Source: a virus
DNA: 64,000 bases
IMG/VR virus record: IMGVR_UViG_3300035136_000101
Reading direction: 5' to 3' (one strand)
Shown here: positions 1 through 8,896 of the stretch, one piece after another
Numbering within the stretch: position 1 is the stretch's first letter
Layout: each line of letters starts with the position of its first letter
Notes under the pieces: generated by a model
What the model was told of the DNA's origin: nothing
What the model saw: only the letters and a program-made list of their open reading frames with translations
The model's database searches: none
Made by a program: the position numbers and the translations under genes

Positions 1-9
1 AAGTGAAAA

Positions 10-249
10 ATGAATAAAAGAAAAGAAGAAATTTTTGAATCGGTACCTAAATGGGCTGATTTGTATGAGGTATCTCATGATACGGTTAAGATGAGAAGTT
101 GTGCTGGTCCTTTTTCACCATTAACTAATTCTCATATGATATTAGGTCCACCAATTTGTACCTTTAGATGTAAAAAATGTATGTCGATATATGATGAAGG
201 TGATGTAATAGGAGACATAAAATGTCCAAGTTGTGGATATGGAGGATAG
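10..249 (+). CDS. small zinc-ribbon protein (two CxxC pairs)
   Basis: ORF track; CxxC...CxxC motifs (CTFRCKKC, CPSCGYGG); plus-strand tiling. Confidence 0.4.
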   Translation: MNKRKEEIFESVPKWADLYEVSHDTVKMRSCAGPFSPLTNSHMILGPPICTFRCKKCMSIYDEGDVIGDIKCPSCGYGG

Positions 250-511
250 TTTGAACGTTAAGGAGGCTAAGAAGGCAAAGAACAAGTGGAAGAAATCTGC
301 ACCATCTATGGGGGAGGATGAAGCTAATGATATATTGTTGTCTTCTATGAAGTGGTTATCAAGACATGTTGATGGAGATGTTAAGGAAAGCAGAGAGCTT
401 GGTGAAATGCTTCGTGATAAAGGTATATGGTATATGTTTATTGAAGGAGATGAACAGAGGCCGATATTTAAGACTAGAAGAGGAAAATTTAGAAGAATGG
501 AATGGCCTTAA
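233..511 (+). CDS. hypothetical protein
   Basis: ORF track; tiles with neighbours on + strand. Confidence 0.35.
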   Translation: MDMEDSLNVKEAKKAKNKWKKSAPSMGEDEANDILLSSMKWLSRHVDGDVKESRELGEMLRDKGIWYMFIEGDEQRPIFKTRRGKFRRMEWP

Positions 512-517
512 AGATAG

Positions 518-805
518 GTGTTTAAAATGGATAGTAAATGGTTGAAAGATTATTCTTTAGGACCAGATTGGTTCAAGGAAGGTGTTGATAAGGCTAGAAA
601 AGAGTTTGATGAAAAAAGGCAAATTATATATGAAAAGTATGTTTTTAAGGACCCTAATAATGGCAAGATTTTGTTGATTGATGGAAGTGTTCATTTGTTG
701 AAAGGTTCTGAAAAGGAATATACTAATGAAATGTGGGTTGCTCAGAAGAAATATGATGAAGAAATTAATTTGTTGAAAGATAGATTATTATTTATTTTTC
801 ATTGA
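518..805 (+). CDS. hypothetical protein
   Basis: ORF track; + strand tiling. Confidence 0.4.
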   Translation: MFKMDSKWLKDYSLGPDWFKEGVDKARKEFDEKRQIIYEKYVFKDPNNGKILLIDGSVHLLKGSEKEYTNEMWVAQKKYDEEINLLKDRLLFIFH

Positions 806-820
806 TATGGTGAAAATAAG

Positions 821-1069
821 ATGAATAAGATAGATTGGCCTAGTGGTAAGAAGATGCATGTTCAGAATATTGTTCTTGCACCACCTAATGGACGTCACGT
901 TCATTCTGAATTGGTGGAAGAGGCTTACAAAGAATATTGTCAGATGTTTGGAAATAGTCAAACGTTAGAAAGATTACAAGAGAGGGGTGGATTTGATATA
1001 GTTGAATTGGCTACTTTTTTGTATATGAGGATAAAGCGGTTAGAGAAGAATATTGTAGAAAAAAGTTGA
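821..1069 (+). CDS. hypothetical protein
   Basis: ORF track; ATG preceded by purine-rich stretch. Confidence 0.4.
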   Translation: MNKIDWPSGKKMHVQNIVLAPPNGRHVHSELVEEAYKEYCQMFGNSQTLERLQERGGFDIVELATFLYMRIKRLEKNIVEKS

Positions 1070-1095
1070 CAAATTTTGTGTTGTATATAATATAT
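1066..1095 (+). promoter_or_regulatory. sigma70-like promoter (TTGACA ... TATAAT-like) upstream of 1143 gene
   Basis: ttgacaaattttgtgttgtatataatatat read directly; spacing slightly short. Confidence 0.3.
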
Positions 1096-1142
1096 TTGCA
1101 TGGATTTCTAGTTAGATTCTAGATGTGGAGTGAAAATGAAAA

Positions 1143-2375
1143 ATGAAAAGTTTAACTAAAAAGCAAATCGAAAAATTATCAATTTATAGAGATAAGTGGA
1201 TACGAATAGGTACATCTATATTTGATATTGATGATCGTAAAATAGCTGAAAAGTATATTGATGATGTATATTCGATTGCTGGATTTGAACCACCAAAATT
1301 TAAGATATGGTTATCTTCTCCTTATAGTGGTGTAATTGGAGTTGTGTTATTAAAACAGATTAGGGCTCAGGTTGGGGATCAGATTTGGGATCAGATTTGG
1401 GATCAGATTAGAAATCAGATTGTGGAACAGGTTGGGGAACAGGTCGGGGAACAGGTCTGGGAACAGGTCGGGCAACAGGTTGTGGAACATGTTGGGAATA
1501 AGGTTGGGGATCAGATTAAGGACCAGATTTGGTTTAAGAGTTTAGTTAAGGTTGTGAATCAGATTAGAAATCATGTTGGGGATCAGATTTGGGAACAGAT
1601 TAGAAATCAGATTAGAAATCAGATTAGAAATCAGGTTGGGGAACAGGTTGTGGAACAGGTTGGGGAACAGGTTGTGGAACAGGTTGGGAATCAGATTGAT
1701 GGTCAAAATTTGACATTTAACATTTGGCATCAGGTTGATGTTCAAACCTTTCAATGTGGATATGGAATTCATGATGCTAACTTCTTATCATTTTATGATT
1801 ATTTTGATAGTGAGGTATTATATAATTTGAATGAAATTAGGCCATTAATAAATTTGTCTAAATATGTTGGTTGGTGGTGGCCTTTTGAAAATGTAGTAAT
1901 TTTTACGGATAAACCAATATTTGTTTGTTGTGATGACCGAGGTAGGCTTCATCATGAGAATAGGATGGCATTAGAATATTCTGACGGATTCGGGATATAC
2001 TCATGGCATGGCATTATGGTTTCAGAACAAATTATTATGAAACCAGAAACTATAACGTTAGACCAAGTAGTGAAAGAGAATAATCAGGAGATTCGTCGTA
2101 TTATGTTGGATCGGTATGGATGGGATAGGGTTTTGTGTGATTTGCATGCTTGTGTAGAACATGAGGATAATACAGGAAAATTGATATCTATTTATAGGCT
2201 TGGAGAATATTTAGCTGGTGAAGATAAGATAGCAAAATTTGTATTAGTAGTTGACCCTTCTACTAATCGGAAATATTCATTAAGAGTACCACCCGAAACA
2301 AAAACAGCTAAAGAGGGAGTGGCATGGACATTTTGGCAAAAAGAAGATGAGTATAATCCAATAAAGGAGACATAG
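1143..2375 (+). CDS. tetrapeptide tandem-repeat protein ((Q-[IV]-x-[DEN])n core) with conserved W/C-rich C-terminal domain
   Basis: 410-aa ORF; central region QIWDQIWDQIRNQIVEQVGEQVGE... encoded by in-frame 12-nt DNA repeats. Confidence 0.6.
   Translation: MKSLTKKQIEKLSIYRDKWIRIGTSIFDIDDRKIAEKYIDDVYSIAGFEPPKFKIWLSSPYSGVIGVVLLKQIRAQVGDQIWDQIWDQIRNQIVEQVGEQVGEQVWEQVGQQVVEHVGNKVGDQIKDQIWFKSLVKVVNQIRNHVGDQIWEQIRNQIRNQIRNQVGEQVVEQVGEQVVEQVGNQIDGQNLTFNIWHQVDVQTFQCGYGIHDANFLSFYDYFDSEVLYNLNEIRPLINLSKYVGWWWPFENVVIFTDKPIFVCCDDRGRLHHENRMALEYSDGFGIYSWHGIMVSEQIIMKPETITLDQVVKENNQEIRRIMLDRYGWDRVLCDLHACVEHEDNTGKLISIYRLGEYLAGEDKIAKFVLVVDPSTNRKYSLRVPPETKTAKEGVAWTFWQKEDEYNPIKET
1363..1720 (+). repeat. 12-nt tandem repeat array, about 25 units in two blocks (consensus CAGRTTGGGGAW)
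   Basis: direct reading: caggttggggat cagatttgggat cagatttgggat ... ; contains GATC sites; in frame inside CDS 1143-2375. Confidence 0.85.
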
Positions 2376-2376
2376 A

Positions 2377-2667
2377 ATGTATAGGCAAGGTGATTTATTG
2401 TTTGTGATGGGCATCATCAAGCATGATGCAAAAGAACAAAAAGATGGTGTTTTGGCATTAGGCGAGGTAACTGGACATCGTCATCGTATTGAGGATCGTT
2501 CAAATGCAATGATGATGGTAATTGGTACTATGGCTTATGTGCGTGCAATACAAGAGGCTAATATAGTACATGAGGAGCATGCTGCGATTACATTGCCTCC
2601 TGGAGATTGGGAGGTAATTAGACAACGTGAGTACCATCCAGATGGATGGTTTCAGGTATCAGATTAG
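2377..2667 (+). CDS. hypothetical protein
   Basis: ORF track; start immediately after the previous stop. Confidence 0.45.
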   Translation: MYRQGDLLFVMGIIKHDAKEQKDGVLALGEVTGHRHRIEDRSNAMMMVIGTMAYVRAIQEANIVHEEHAAITLPPGDWEVIRQREYHPDGWFQVSD

Positions 2668-2994
2668 ATGATTTCTTATTTTAGAAATATATATATTATT
2701 CATATTCTTATTGTTTTTTTGTGGTTGTTGAATTTTGGTGATGCTGTTTTTACATGGTATTGGGTTAGTAATGGATTGGCAATAGAAGAGAATTGGTTGA
2801 TGAGGATATTGTTTGATGTTCATCCAATTTTGTTTTTCGTTTGTAAGATCGGTTTTGTGACTATTTTTTTGATAATGTTGAAAAGGTGGTTGAAAGAATA
2901 TCTTCTTGCCAGAGTAGGAATTGTATTGTGTTCTGTTGTCTATTCCTTTGTTATTTTATGGCATTTTTGTGGTGTATATTTGTGTTTTAGATGA
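2668..2994 (+). CDS. hypothetical multi-pass membrane protein
   Basis: several hydrophobic segments (IIHILIVFLWLL, ILFFVCKIGFVTIFLIML, IVLCSVVYSFVILW). Confidence 0.45.
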   Translation: MISYFRNIYIIHILIVFLWLLNFGDAVFTWYWVSNGLAIEENWLMRILFDVHPILFFVCKIGFVTIFLIMLKRWLKEYLLARVGIVLCSVVYSFVILWHFCGVYLCFR

Positions 2995-3002
2995 TTAGGA
3001 TT

Positions 3003-3018
3003 GCGAACTCGAGTTCGC
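3003..3018. promoter_or_regulatory. 16-bp palindrome GCGAACTCGAGTTCGC (copy 1), 13 nt upstream of the ATG at 3032, followed by AAGAGG
   Basis: perfect palindrome read directly; extended 20-bp palindrome TTGCGAACTCGAGTTCGCAA at 3001-3020. Confidence 0.8.
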
Positions 3019-3031
3019 AAAAGAGGATGAA

Positions 3032-3373
3032 ATGTATGAAGATGGATATGTAGTAAGAGAAAAAATAGGTAAAAAGAGTGATGAGGTTGCTTGGTGTATT
3101 CCTATGGATTATGAGATAATTCAGATTGTTCTTTATATTAGGCAGGGTGATGACAATATTATATTTGATATTATTGAAGGTAAGCCACGTGTATTTGTTA
3201 GAAAGAATAAAAAAGCTACTGCGTATCTTCAGCGTATAATTAATTCTTGTCATACGTTTGACATTATTGCCTTCAAGAAAAAAGGAGATGATTGTTGTGA
3301 TGTTGTTGCTAAGGAAGGATCTATATCATGGTATAATGATAATCCATCATTGAATCGTAGTTATCATAGATAA
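3032..3373 (+). CDS. hypothetical protein
   Basis: ORF track; RBS aagagg 6 nt upstream. Confidence 0.5.
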   Translation: MYEDGYVVREKIGKKSDEVAWCIPMDYEIIQIVLYIRQGDDNIIFDIIEGKPRVFVRKNKKATAYLQRIINSCHTFDIIAFKKKGDDCCDVVAKEGSISWYNDNPSLNRSYHR

Positions 3374-3407
3374 TAGATTGGAATATATCTGGTTAGGAAA
3401 ATAATGT

Positions 3408-3662
3408 TTGATGATTGTTTTATATATAAAAGATTGTGTAATGGTAAAAAAATATAGACAGGTTTTTCTTGGTTATAACGATAGACGATTGGTGGGATGG
3501 GTGGATAACAGAATGGCCAAAAAAAGGAATTTGGTGACGATAAATGGGTATGATGGTGTATGGGAGATACTTGAAGTATTTGATGATGTAATAGTGGATG
3601 ATGGGAATTTGGATACTTTATCTTCTGAGTATAGACATCATAGAGAAAGAACAGATGTATGA
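3408..3662 (+). CDS. hypothetical protein
   Basis: ORF track. Confidence 0.4.
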   Translation: MMIVLYIKDCVMVKKYRQVFLGYNDRRLVGWVDNRMAKKRNLVTINGYDGVWEILEVFDDVIVDDGNLDTLSSEYRHHRERTDV

Positions 3663-3847
3663 TATTTTTAGACCAAAAATATTTTGTAAAAAAGAAAGGT
3701 TTAAGAAGTAAAATTTGTCCAGATTGTGGTGGTTTTTTTACTAAAACTGAAGATGGATATTTATGTAATTTGTGTGGATTTGAGCTTGATAAAAATGGGA
3801 GTAGTAAATCATATTTTTATGGTGTGATTACTATTGAGAATAAATAA
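3659..3847 (+). CDS. small zinc-ribbon protein
   Basis: CPDCGG ... CNLCG motifs. Confidence 0.4.
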   Translation: MIFLDQKYFVKKKGLRSKICPDCGGFFTKTEDGYLCNLCGFELDKNGSSKSYFYGVITIENK

Positions 3848-3870
3848 TAGATAGGAATATAAGTGTCAAT

Positions 3871-4197
3871 TTGAAATTTAAATGTCTTGTTACTAGGAAA
3901 GAGAAAAAGACTGTTTCTGAAATTTTTTCATTGATTAAAGAACCTTGGTGTGAGGTTGTAGTTGAAATTAAAAAAATGAATATTAGTGTGGTTTCATATT
4001 TTGAGAAAGATGCTGTGGTTTCAAAAATAGATGTTTGGGAAAAGGCAAATACACTAGAAGATTTAATTGATGATATAGAATATTATTCTGGTGAAGTTAT
4101 GCAATTTACTGGAGATGGTGTTTGGTTGAAGTTTGAATTGTCAGAAGATATACTTAGAAGGGTTTTAGAAAAACTTTTGAGGAAAAACTATGGATAG
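3871..4197 (+). CDS. hypothetical protein
   Basis: ORF track. Confidence 0.45.
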   Translation: MKFKCLVTRKEKKTVSEIFSLIKEPWCEVVVEIKKMNISVVSYFEKDAVVSKIDVWEKANTLEDLIDDIEYYSGEVMQFTGDGVWLKFELSEDILRRVLEKLLRKNYG

Positions 4198-4606
4198 GAA
4201 AGAAAGCATAAGAATTCATTGGGATTGGTATGGATATTGTAGGACATGCAAATTTTGGGATAGTCATGAGGATAGAAAGAAACTAGAAGGTAGATGTGAT
4301 TATGAAAAATCACCTAATTACAATGAAGAAGTATGGAGTGAAGGACATTGTAAATGTTGGGAAAGTTTTGACCCTGAAATTGCTAATTTTATTGTGAATG
4401 TAGTTCAAAGAAGACCTAGGAGTGCAGGGGTATGGTTCTATGAAAATAATTATGATGGTCATATAGATGCAGCTCTTGTGGGCAGGAGATATGGAAGGCA
4501 TAGTGGGCCACTGCAAGTATTTCATGTGGAAAATGATGATTGGTGTAATTTTGATGTTTTTGAAAAAGCTGAGGTAGCTAGATGGATGGAGAAAGCAAAA
4601 CCATAA
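4190..4606 (+). CDS. Cys-rich hypothetical protein
   Basis: CRTCKFW ... CDYEK ... CKCWE motifs. Confidence 0.45.
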   Translation: MDRKESIRIHWDWYGYCRTCKFWDSHEDRKKLEGRCDYEKSPNYNEEVWSEGHCKCWESFDPEIANFIVNVVQRRPRSAGVWFYENNYDGHIDAALVGRRYGRHSGPLQVFHVENDDWCNFDVFEKAEVARWMEKAKP

Positions 4607-4797
4607 GATTGGAAGCAAAATGTTCGGAGTGTGGAGAATGGTCAGAAATATCATGGTTTGAGTTTGAATTTTATGCTGGTTATTGGTGGATAGAATCTGG
4701 TCCATGTCCAGTATGTGGAGAATCTGTTAGAGTTGAAGAATTAGAAAGAAGAAGATTCGGGGGTAATAGGAGTTGGAAAGTTGGAAAAGAATCATAG
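4582..4797 (+). CDS. small zinc-ribbon protein
   Basis: CSECGEW ... CPVCGE. Confidence 0.4.
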   Translation: MDGESKTIRLEAKCSECGEWSEISWFEFEFYAGYWWIESGPCPVCGESVRVEELERRRFGGNRSWKVGKES

Positions 4798-5008
4798 AGA
4801 ATGTCCTCATTGTAGATATGATAAGCAAAGTGTTTACGAGAAAGAGAGAGAAGGATTTGGGTGGGGTCCTGTGAAATATTATAGTGTAATTTGTGATAGG
4901 TGCAAAGCTCAAGGTCCTGAGATGGTTACACCAGATGATGCATGGATAGCATGGGATGATAGAGGTGAAGGAAAAATGGGACTTAGATTTCATAGATATG
5001 GAAGATAA
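4781..5008 (+). CDS. Lar-family restriction alleviation-like protein (copy 1)
   Basis: CPHCRYDKQSVY...YYSVICDRCKAQGP...DDAWIAWDDR matches the Lar family pattern CPFCG...yyVrCtnCga...eeAieaWNrR. Confidence 0.55.
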   Translation: MEKNHRECPHCRYDKQSVYEKEREGFGWGPVKYYSVICDRCKAQGPEMVTPDDAWIAWDDRGEGKMGLRFHRYGR

Positions 5009-5204
5009 GCATAAAAAATGTCCTTTTTGTGCTCATGATAAGCAAAGTATTTATTATAGAGAAACAGATGGATTTGGATGGTTTTCAGTAAAATATTACA
5101 ATGTTCGTTGTAATAGTTGTGGTGCAGAAGGTCCCGAAGAACGTACAGAAGAAGAGGCTTGGAAAGCTTGGGACAAAAGAAAAAGAAAGAGTGATAAAAG
5201 TTGA
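4998..5204 (+). CDS. Lar-family restriction alleviation-like protein (copy 2, tandem paralog)
   Basis: CPFCAHDKQSIYY...YYNVRCNSCGAEGP...EEAWKAWDKR; start moved to the internal ATG at 4998 to avoid overlap. Confidence 0.55.
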   Translation: MEDKHKKCPFCAHDKQSIYYRETDGFGWFSVKYYNVRCNSCGAEGPEERTEEEAWKAWDKRKRKSDKS

Positions 5205-5707
5205 TATTTATTGATGAAAAATGGTTGATGTATCTCTATGGTTGGATTTTCGTGAGACCACGTAGATGGTTTTTTATGAATATATGTATAAATAATAAAT
5301 TGCGTCTTTGGCCAAAAAAGGAATATGGTTATTGGTTTTGGCCTAATATGCATTGGATTGTTTTATATTATACTTTGTGGAAGTTTTTTAAATGGATGTA
5401 TTATGAGGCTTGGAGGTTTTTTTGTAATTGGGATGGTGGATATAGAAATACTTATCCATGGATTGCTAGATTTATTCATTGGATTGGGCGTACAACAGTT
5501 GGTGTTCATATATCCACGGTAGAGTGTTGGCATTGTGGATTTGAGGCTGGAAATCAGGTTGATTTATCATATGATGATAGTGGAACGACATTTATTTTAG
5601 GGGATTCTGGTTCTTATGGTACGCAGGATGGAATATGTCATTGGTTTGAAGGTACAACAATTTGTCCAATATGTGGATATAGAGAACACTATGAGGATAG
5701 TGATTGA
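5201..5707 (+). CDS. hypothetical Trp-rich protein with C-terminal zinc ribbon
   Basis: ORF track; CWHCG ... CPICGY. Confidence 0.4.
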   Translation: MIFIDEKWLMYLYGWIFVRPRRWFFMNICINNKLRLWPKKEYGYWFWPNMHWIVLYYTLWKFFKWMYYEAWRFFCNWDGGYRNTYPWIARFIHWIGRTTVGVHISTVECWHCGFEAGNQVDLSYDDSGTTFILGDSGSYGTQDGICHWFEGTTICPICGYREHYEDSD

Positions 5708-5934
5708 GTGGATCAAGTTAGGTATAGTTTATGATTGTTCCGTATATTCCAAGATTGTACGAAAGAGGACTGAAATTAAAGTGGTCAAAAATAATTTTGA
5801 TTATTTTAGTAAGTTCTATAATTGCATTTTTAATTGTAATAGCAACATGTTTGTGTGTAGGGTGATTACAATTAATAACTAAACGAGATATGGTGTCGTA
5901 ATATTGGTTTGGAGTTTAGAAGGAGTATTTAATA

Positions 5935-6264
5935 ATGATGAATCCAGAAACAAATAGATTTGAAGAAGTGCATCCTAAGGTTGAGAGTGCTCTTGAACAA
6001 TTTTCTGAAAAAATGTCTGATATGTCTGGGTATGTTCGTTATGATGGGTCTGATGTGCCTAAAGGATATCCTGTTTTTGGGATAGGAGAAGAGTTTCAAC
6101 TTAAAGGATATCGATTTAAGGTTAAAAGGATAAAAGAAGATGAAATTACTTTTGAACCAATTGGTCCAGTACCTATATCTAAAATGCGTAGTGTGGTATA
6201 TACAAAAAAAGGTACTGGGTCTTCAAAGAAGAAAAAGAAAAGTGGTAGTAGAAAGAAGAGATAA
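5935..6264 (+). CDS. hypothetical protein with poly-Lys C-terminus
   Basis: ORF track; preceded by an about 230-nt intergenic gap. Confidence 0.4.
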   Translation: MMNPETNRFEEVHPKVESALEQFSEKMSDMSGYVRYDGSDVPKGYPVFGIGEEFQLKGYRFKVKRIKEDEITFEPIGPVPISKMRSVVYTKKGTGSSKKKKKSGSRKKR

Positions 6265-6265
6265 A

Positions 6266-6442
6266 ATGTTGTCAGATAAAGCAATTTGTTGGACATGTAA
6301 TAAGTTTGTATATTCTGGAGAGTTAGATATTGGATATTGTTATTATCATGATAGAAATGTGAAACAAGATTCATCTTGTATTCATCATCCAGATTATGTT
6401 GAAGGTGATTTTATTGATATAGAAGATGAAGATGAAAGTTGA
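6266..6442 (+). CDS. small zinc-ribbon protein
   Basis: internal ATG at 6266 directly after the previous stop; CWTCNK ... CYYHD. Confidence 0.35.
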   Translation: MLSDKAICWTCNKFVYSGELDIGYCYYHDRNVKQDSSCIHHPDYVEGDFIDIEDEDES

Positions 6443-6728
6443 TACAATTGAAGATTTAAAAAAAATAGTTGGTAAAAAAGTTTATTTAGGTAAGCGTATT
6501 GCTTGGAACAACAATGATGATGATTTTGATACTTTTGAATTAGAAGTAGGAAGTATAATTATTGGACGCAAAAGATATAAAAATGAACTTGGGTTAGTAG
6601 AAGTTTTTATAAAGCCTATTTTAAAAGATGATCCTTGGGAAGTAATTGGTGAAGTTCCTATTGATTTTGTTTGGAATACTCGTGAAGAGGCATTGGATTT
6701 TATAGCGGAATATGAAAGACAAGATTAA
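6426..6728 (+). CDS. hypothetical protein
   Basis: ORF track. Confidence 0.4.
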   Translation: MKMKVDTIEDLKKIVGKKVYLGKRIAWNNNDDDFDTFELEVGSIIIGRKRYKNELGLVEVFIKPILKDDPWEVIGEVPIDFVWNTREEALDFIAEYERQD

Positions 6729-6973
6729 TGCATGTGAATTTTAATGGTATAAGGATAAATTTAGCAAGAGCATATAATGGTTTGTTTGAGCAATCTGAGT
6801 CAATAGATAATGAGAGGATTGAAATAAGCAAAGATAGACTTGCTGAGATGTGTGAAATGGTAGGTGCATTTTTGTGTATTTATAACGAAGGAGATGAATC
6901 TTTTCGTGATTTATCAGATGATGTTAAATTGATAGACCCATATACTGGTAGATGGGAAGAAGATGATGGTTGA
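6728..6973 (+). CDS. hypothetical protein
   Basis: ORF track. Confidence 0.4.
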   Translation: MHVNFNGIRINLARAYNGLFEQSESIDNERIEISKDRLAEMCEMVGAFLCIYNEGDESFRDLSDDVKLIDPYTGRWEEDDG

Positions 6974-7259
6974 TAATAATTATTGTATGACATGTGAAAG
7001 TGTAAGGAGGGTTGCATCTGAAGATTTAGAAAAAGAAGGATATGTGGGTTGTAATATTTTGAGTGGTATTAGAGGTGTTATTTGTTATAATAAAGATGAT
7101 TTGAATAAAATAATAGGTAATGTTGTTGCTATGGGATGGGTTGATTTGGGTTCTCGTCCTGGCAGTAAAAGTAGTGGTATGATAACAAATGAACAATTGA
7201 TAATAAAAGGTGTTATTTCTTGTCCATGGTTTGAATTGAATTGGAGGAATAGAAAATGA
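6963..7259 (+). CDS. hypothetical Cys-containing protein
   Basis: ORF track; CMTCES. Confidence 0.4.
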   Translation: MMVDNNYCMTCESVRRVASEDLEKEGYVGCNILSGIRGVICYNKDDLNKIIGNVVAMGWVDLGSRPGSKSSGMITNEQLIIKGVISCPWFELNWRNRK

Positions 7260-7519
7260 GTTGTTGCAAAGACAAAAGATATATAGTTGTAGAGATAGAA
7301 GAAATACATAGAGTTATTGATGTGTGGAAGGAGAGGTTGAAGGGGTCATATACTGATGAACCATCAGCATATCAAGCTATTTGTGGATTTTTGCTTGAGG
7401 ACTTGAAGAAACACAGATGTAAAAAAGGTACTGTGTCAAAGTCAAAGATTCTTTTGGAATCACAGTGTAAAGATAAAAAAGGGTCTTTAGTTACCATTGA
7501 TGAGTCTTGTTGTGAATAG
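7256..7519 (+). CDS. hypothetical Cys-rich protein
   Basis: ORF track. Confidence 0.4.
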   Translation: MSCCKDKRYIVVEIEEIHRVIDVWKERLKGSYTDEPSAYQAICGFLLEDLKKHRCKKGTVSKSKILLESQCKDKKGSLVTIDESCCE

Positions 7520-7820
7520 ATTTGTAATGATGAAAGATGGTTTTTGGAAATGGGATATTGGTGGGTTGAGTTTTTTGATTGGTAGTACAAAAGAAAAAAA
7601 TACATATTTAGCATTATGGGTAACAACTATTTCGATATTGAATTATAGAATGGTTGAAAGAAGAATTGTTGAAGGTAATTATGGATTGGTGTTAAAGAAT
7701 TTAGAGAAAAAAGCAGCAATTCTTTTGGTTAGAAGTAAAGTTAATGGTGGAAAAGATTTTATTGAATATATAAACAAAAGACAAGAGGTAATGGATAGTT
7801 TGATGTGTGTTAGGTATTGA
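7497..7820 (+). CDS. hypothetical protein
   Basis: ORF track. Confidence 0.35.
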   Translation: MMSLVVNRFVMMKDGFWKWDIGGLSFLIGSTKEKNTYLALWVTTISILNYRMVERRIVEGNYGLVLKNLEKKAAILLVRSKVNGGKDFIEYINKRQEVMDSLMCVRY

Positions 7821-7821
7821 T

Positions 7822-8382
7822 ATGAATAAATTGGAAGATATGTCTAAAGCATTTGATTCATTAACTGGTGTTTGTGATAATTGTGGTTATACAGATGATA
7901 ATATAGGTCGAAAAGAATGTTTAATGTGTGGAGCAAAGGCTTATGATGTAAAATTGCATGTTTTGGATAAAGATAGACCCAGTTTTCAAAAAATATATAT
8001 GAATCTTGCGATTGATATTTCTAAACGGTCTACTTGTTCTAGGAGACAAGTAGGTTGTGTAATATCTTCTAGTGATTTTAGAAGGATTCTTGCTGTTGGA
8101 TATAATGGTAATGCTTCTGGGTTGCCCAATAAGTGTGATGCACCAAATGTTTCCTCAGGGTGTGGATGCATTCATGCTGAGGAAAATGCTTGTATTTCTT
8201 GTGTTGAGCCAAGGAGTACAAAGAAAATAGTTTTTGTTACGGTTTTTCCTTGTAAGATGTGTGCAAAAAGATTTGTACAACTTGGTGGGGTTAAGCAAGT
8301 ATATTATTTAGATGATTATCATGGTGAAGAAGCAAAATTTGTTTTTGATATGGCTGGAATTGAGTTTTGTCGTTTGTTGTAA
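7822..8382 (+). CDS. dCMP deaminase (cytidine/deoxycytidylate deaminase family)
   Basis: zinc-binding motifs CIHAEENA and PCKMCAKRFVQLGV; STCSRRQVGCVI...GYNG typical of ComEB/dCMP deaminases. Confidence 0.85.
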   Translation: MNKLEDMSKAFDSLTGVCDNCGYTDDNIGRKECLMCGAKAYDVKLHVLDKDRPSFQKIYMNLAIDISKRSTCSRRQVGCVISSSDFRRILAVGYNGNASGLPNKCDAPNVSSGCGCIHAEENACISCVEPRSTKKIVFVTVFPCKMCAKRFVQLGGVKQVYYLDDYHGEEAKFVFDMAGIEFCRLL

Positions 8383-8402
8383 TAATTATGGAAGATTGAG
8401 TT

Positions 8403-8627
8403 ATGATAGAAGTGAAAAGATGGATGTTTAGATGTTGGGTGGAAGGAATAATAATGGAAAGAGATTCCAAAGGTAGGGTTGTTGCAGTTGAAGAAGGTAA
8501 ATGTCAAGAAGCGGAAGATGCGTTGAATAGGGGAGAAACAATAGGTTTTTTGGATAACAGGGGTAAATGTATTTCAACGATGTCATTAGTTGATGGTGAA
8601 TATAAGGAAAAGTTATATGAAGATTAA
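8403..8627 (+). CDS. hypothetical protein
   Basis: ORF track. Confidence 0.35.
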   Translation: MIEVKRWMFRCWVEGIIMERDSKGRVVAVEEGKCQEAEDALNRGETIGFLDNRGKCISTMSLVDGEYKEKLYED

Positions 8628-8865
8628 GCATAGAGATATCTTTACAAAAGAACAAATTGAAGAATTTGTTGGTGAATTTGTTACAATTAATTATAAGGGT
8701 CTTTTAGATAGGAAAGTTTTGGTAACTAGGCTTTTTAAGGGAAGTATAGGTTTTGATTCTAAAGAAGAATGGATATTAGGTGTTGTTGAAATTGGGAAAG
8801 GATTTTTTGAGATACCGATTGCTATTTCTAATATATTAGAGATAAAGAAATTGGTAGTTGATTAG
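8617..8865 (+). CDS. hypothetical protein
   Basis: start set at the internal ATG with aaggaaaag RBS. Confidence 0.4.
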   Translation: MKIKHRDIFTKEQIEEFVGEFVTINYKGLLDRKVLVTRLFKGSIGFDSKEEWILGVVEIGKGFFEIPIAISNILEIKKLVVD

Positions 8866-8868
8866 TTG

Positions 8869-8884
8869 GCGAACTCGAGTTCGC
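8869..8884. promoter_or_regulatory. 16-bp palindrome GCGAACTCGAGTTCGC (copy 2), 12 nt upstream of the ATG at 8897
   Basis: perfect palindrome; followed by aaagagg RBS. Confidence 0.8.
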
Positions 8885-8896
8885 AAAGAGGTTGTT

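Noticed and set aside
1542-1772. Minus-strand ORFs throughout the window (e.g. 1542-1772, 4310-4705, 11120-11581, 26158-26508, 33431-33622, 63159-63635)
   Set aside because: All lie antisense to plus-strand genes with better start and RBS context and recognisable domains. They are AT-rich shadow ORFs with low-complexity I/L/F/N-rich translations, and several merely read through the palindrome (ELEF/RTRVR).
5325-5882. Plus-strand ORFs overlapping larger genes in other frames (5325-5522, 5616-5882, 22524-22706, 43631-43897, 48830-49021, 49565-49792, 53357-53575)
   Set aside because: They are nested in alternative frames of well-supported genes, with hydrophobic low-complexity translations and no start signals.
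8858-8896. Track start at 8858 for ORF 8858-9100
   Set aside because: That ATG lies just before and reads through the palindrome, upstream of the RBS. The ATG at 8897, with aaagagg 6 nt upstream, fits the pattern seen at other copies.
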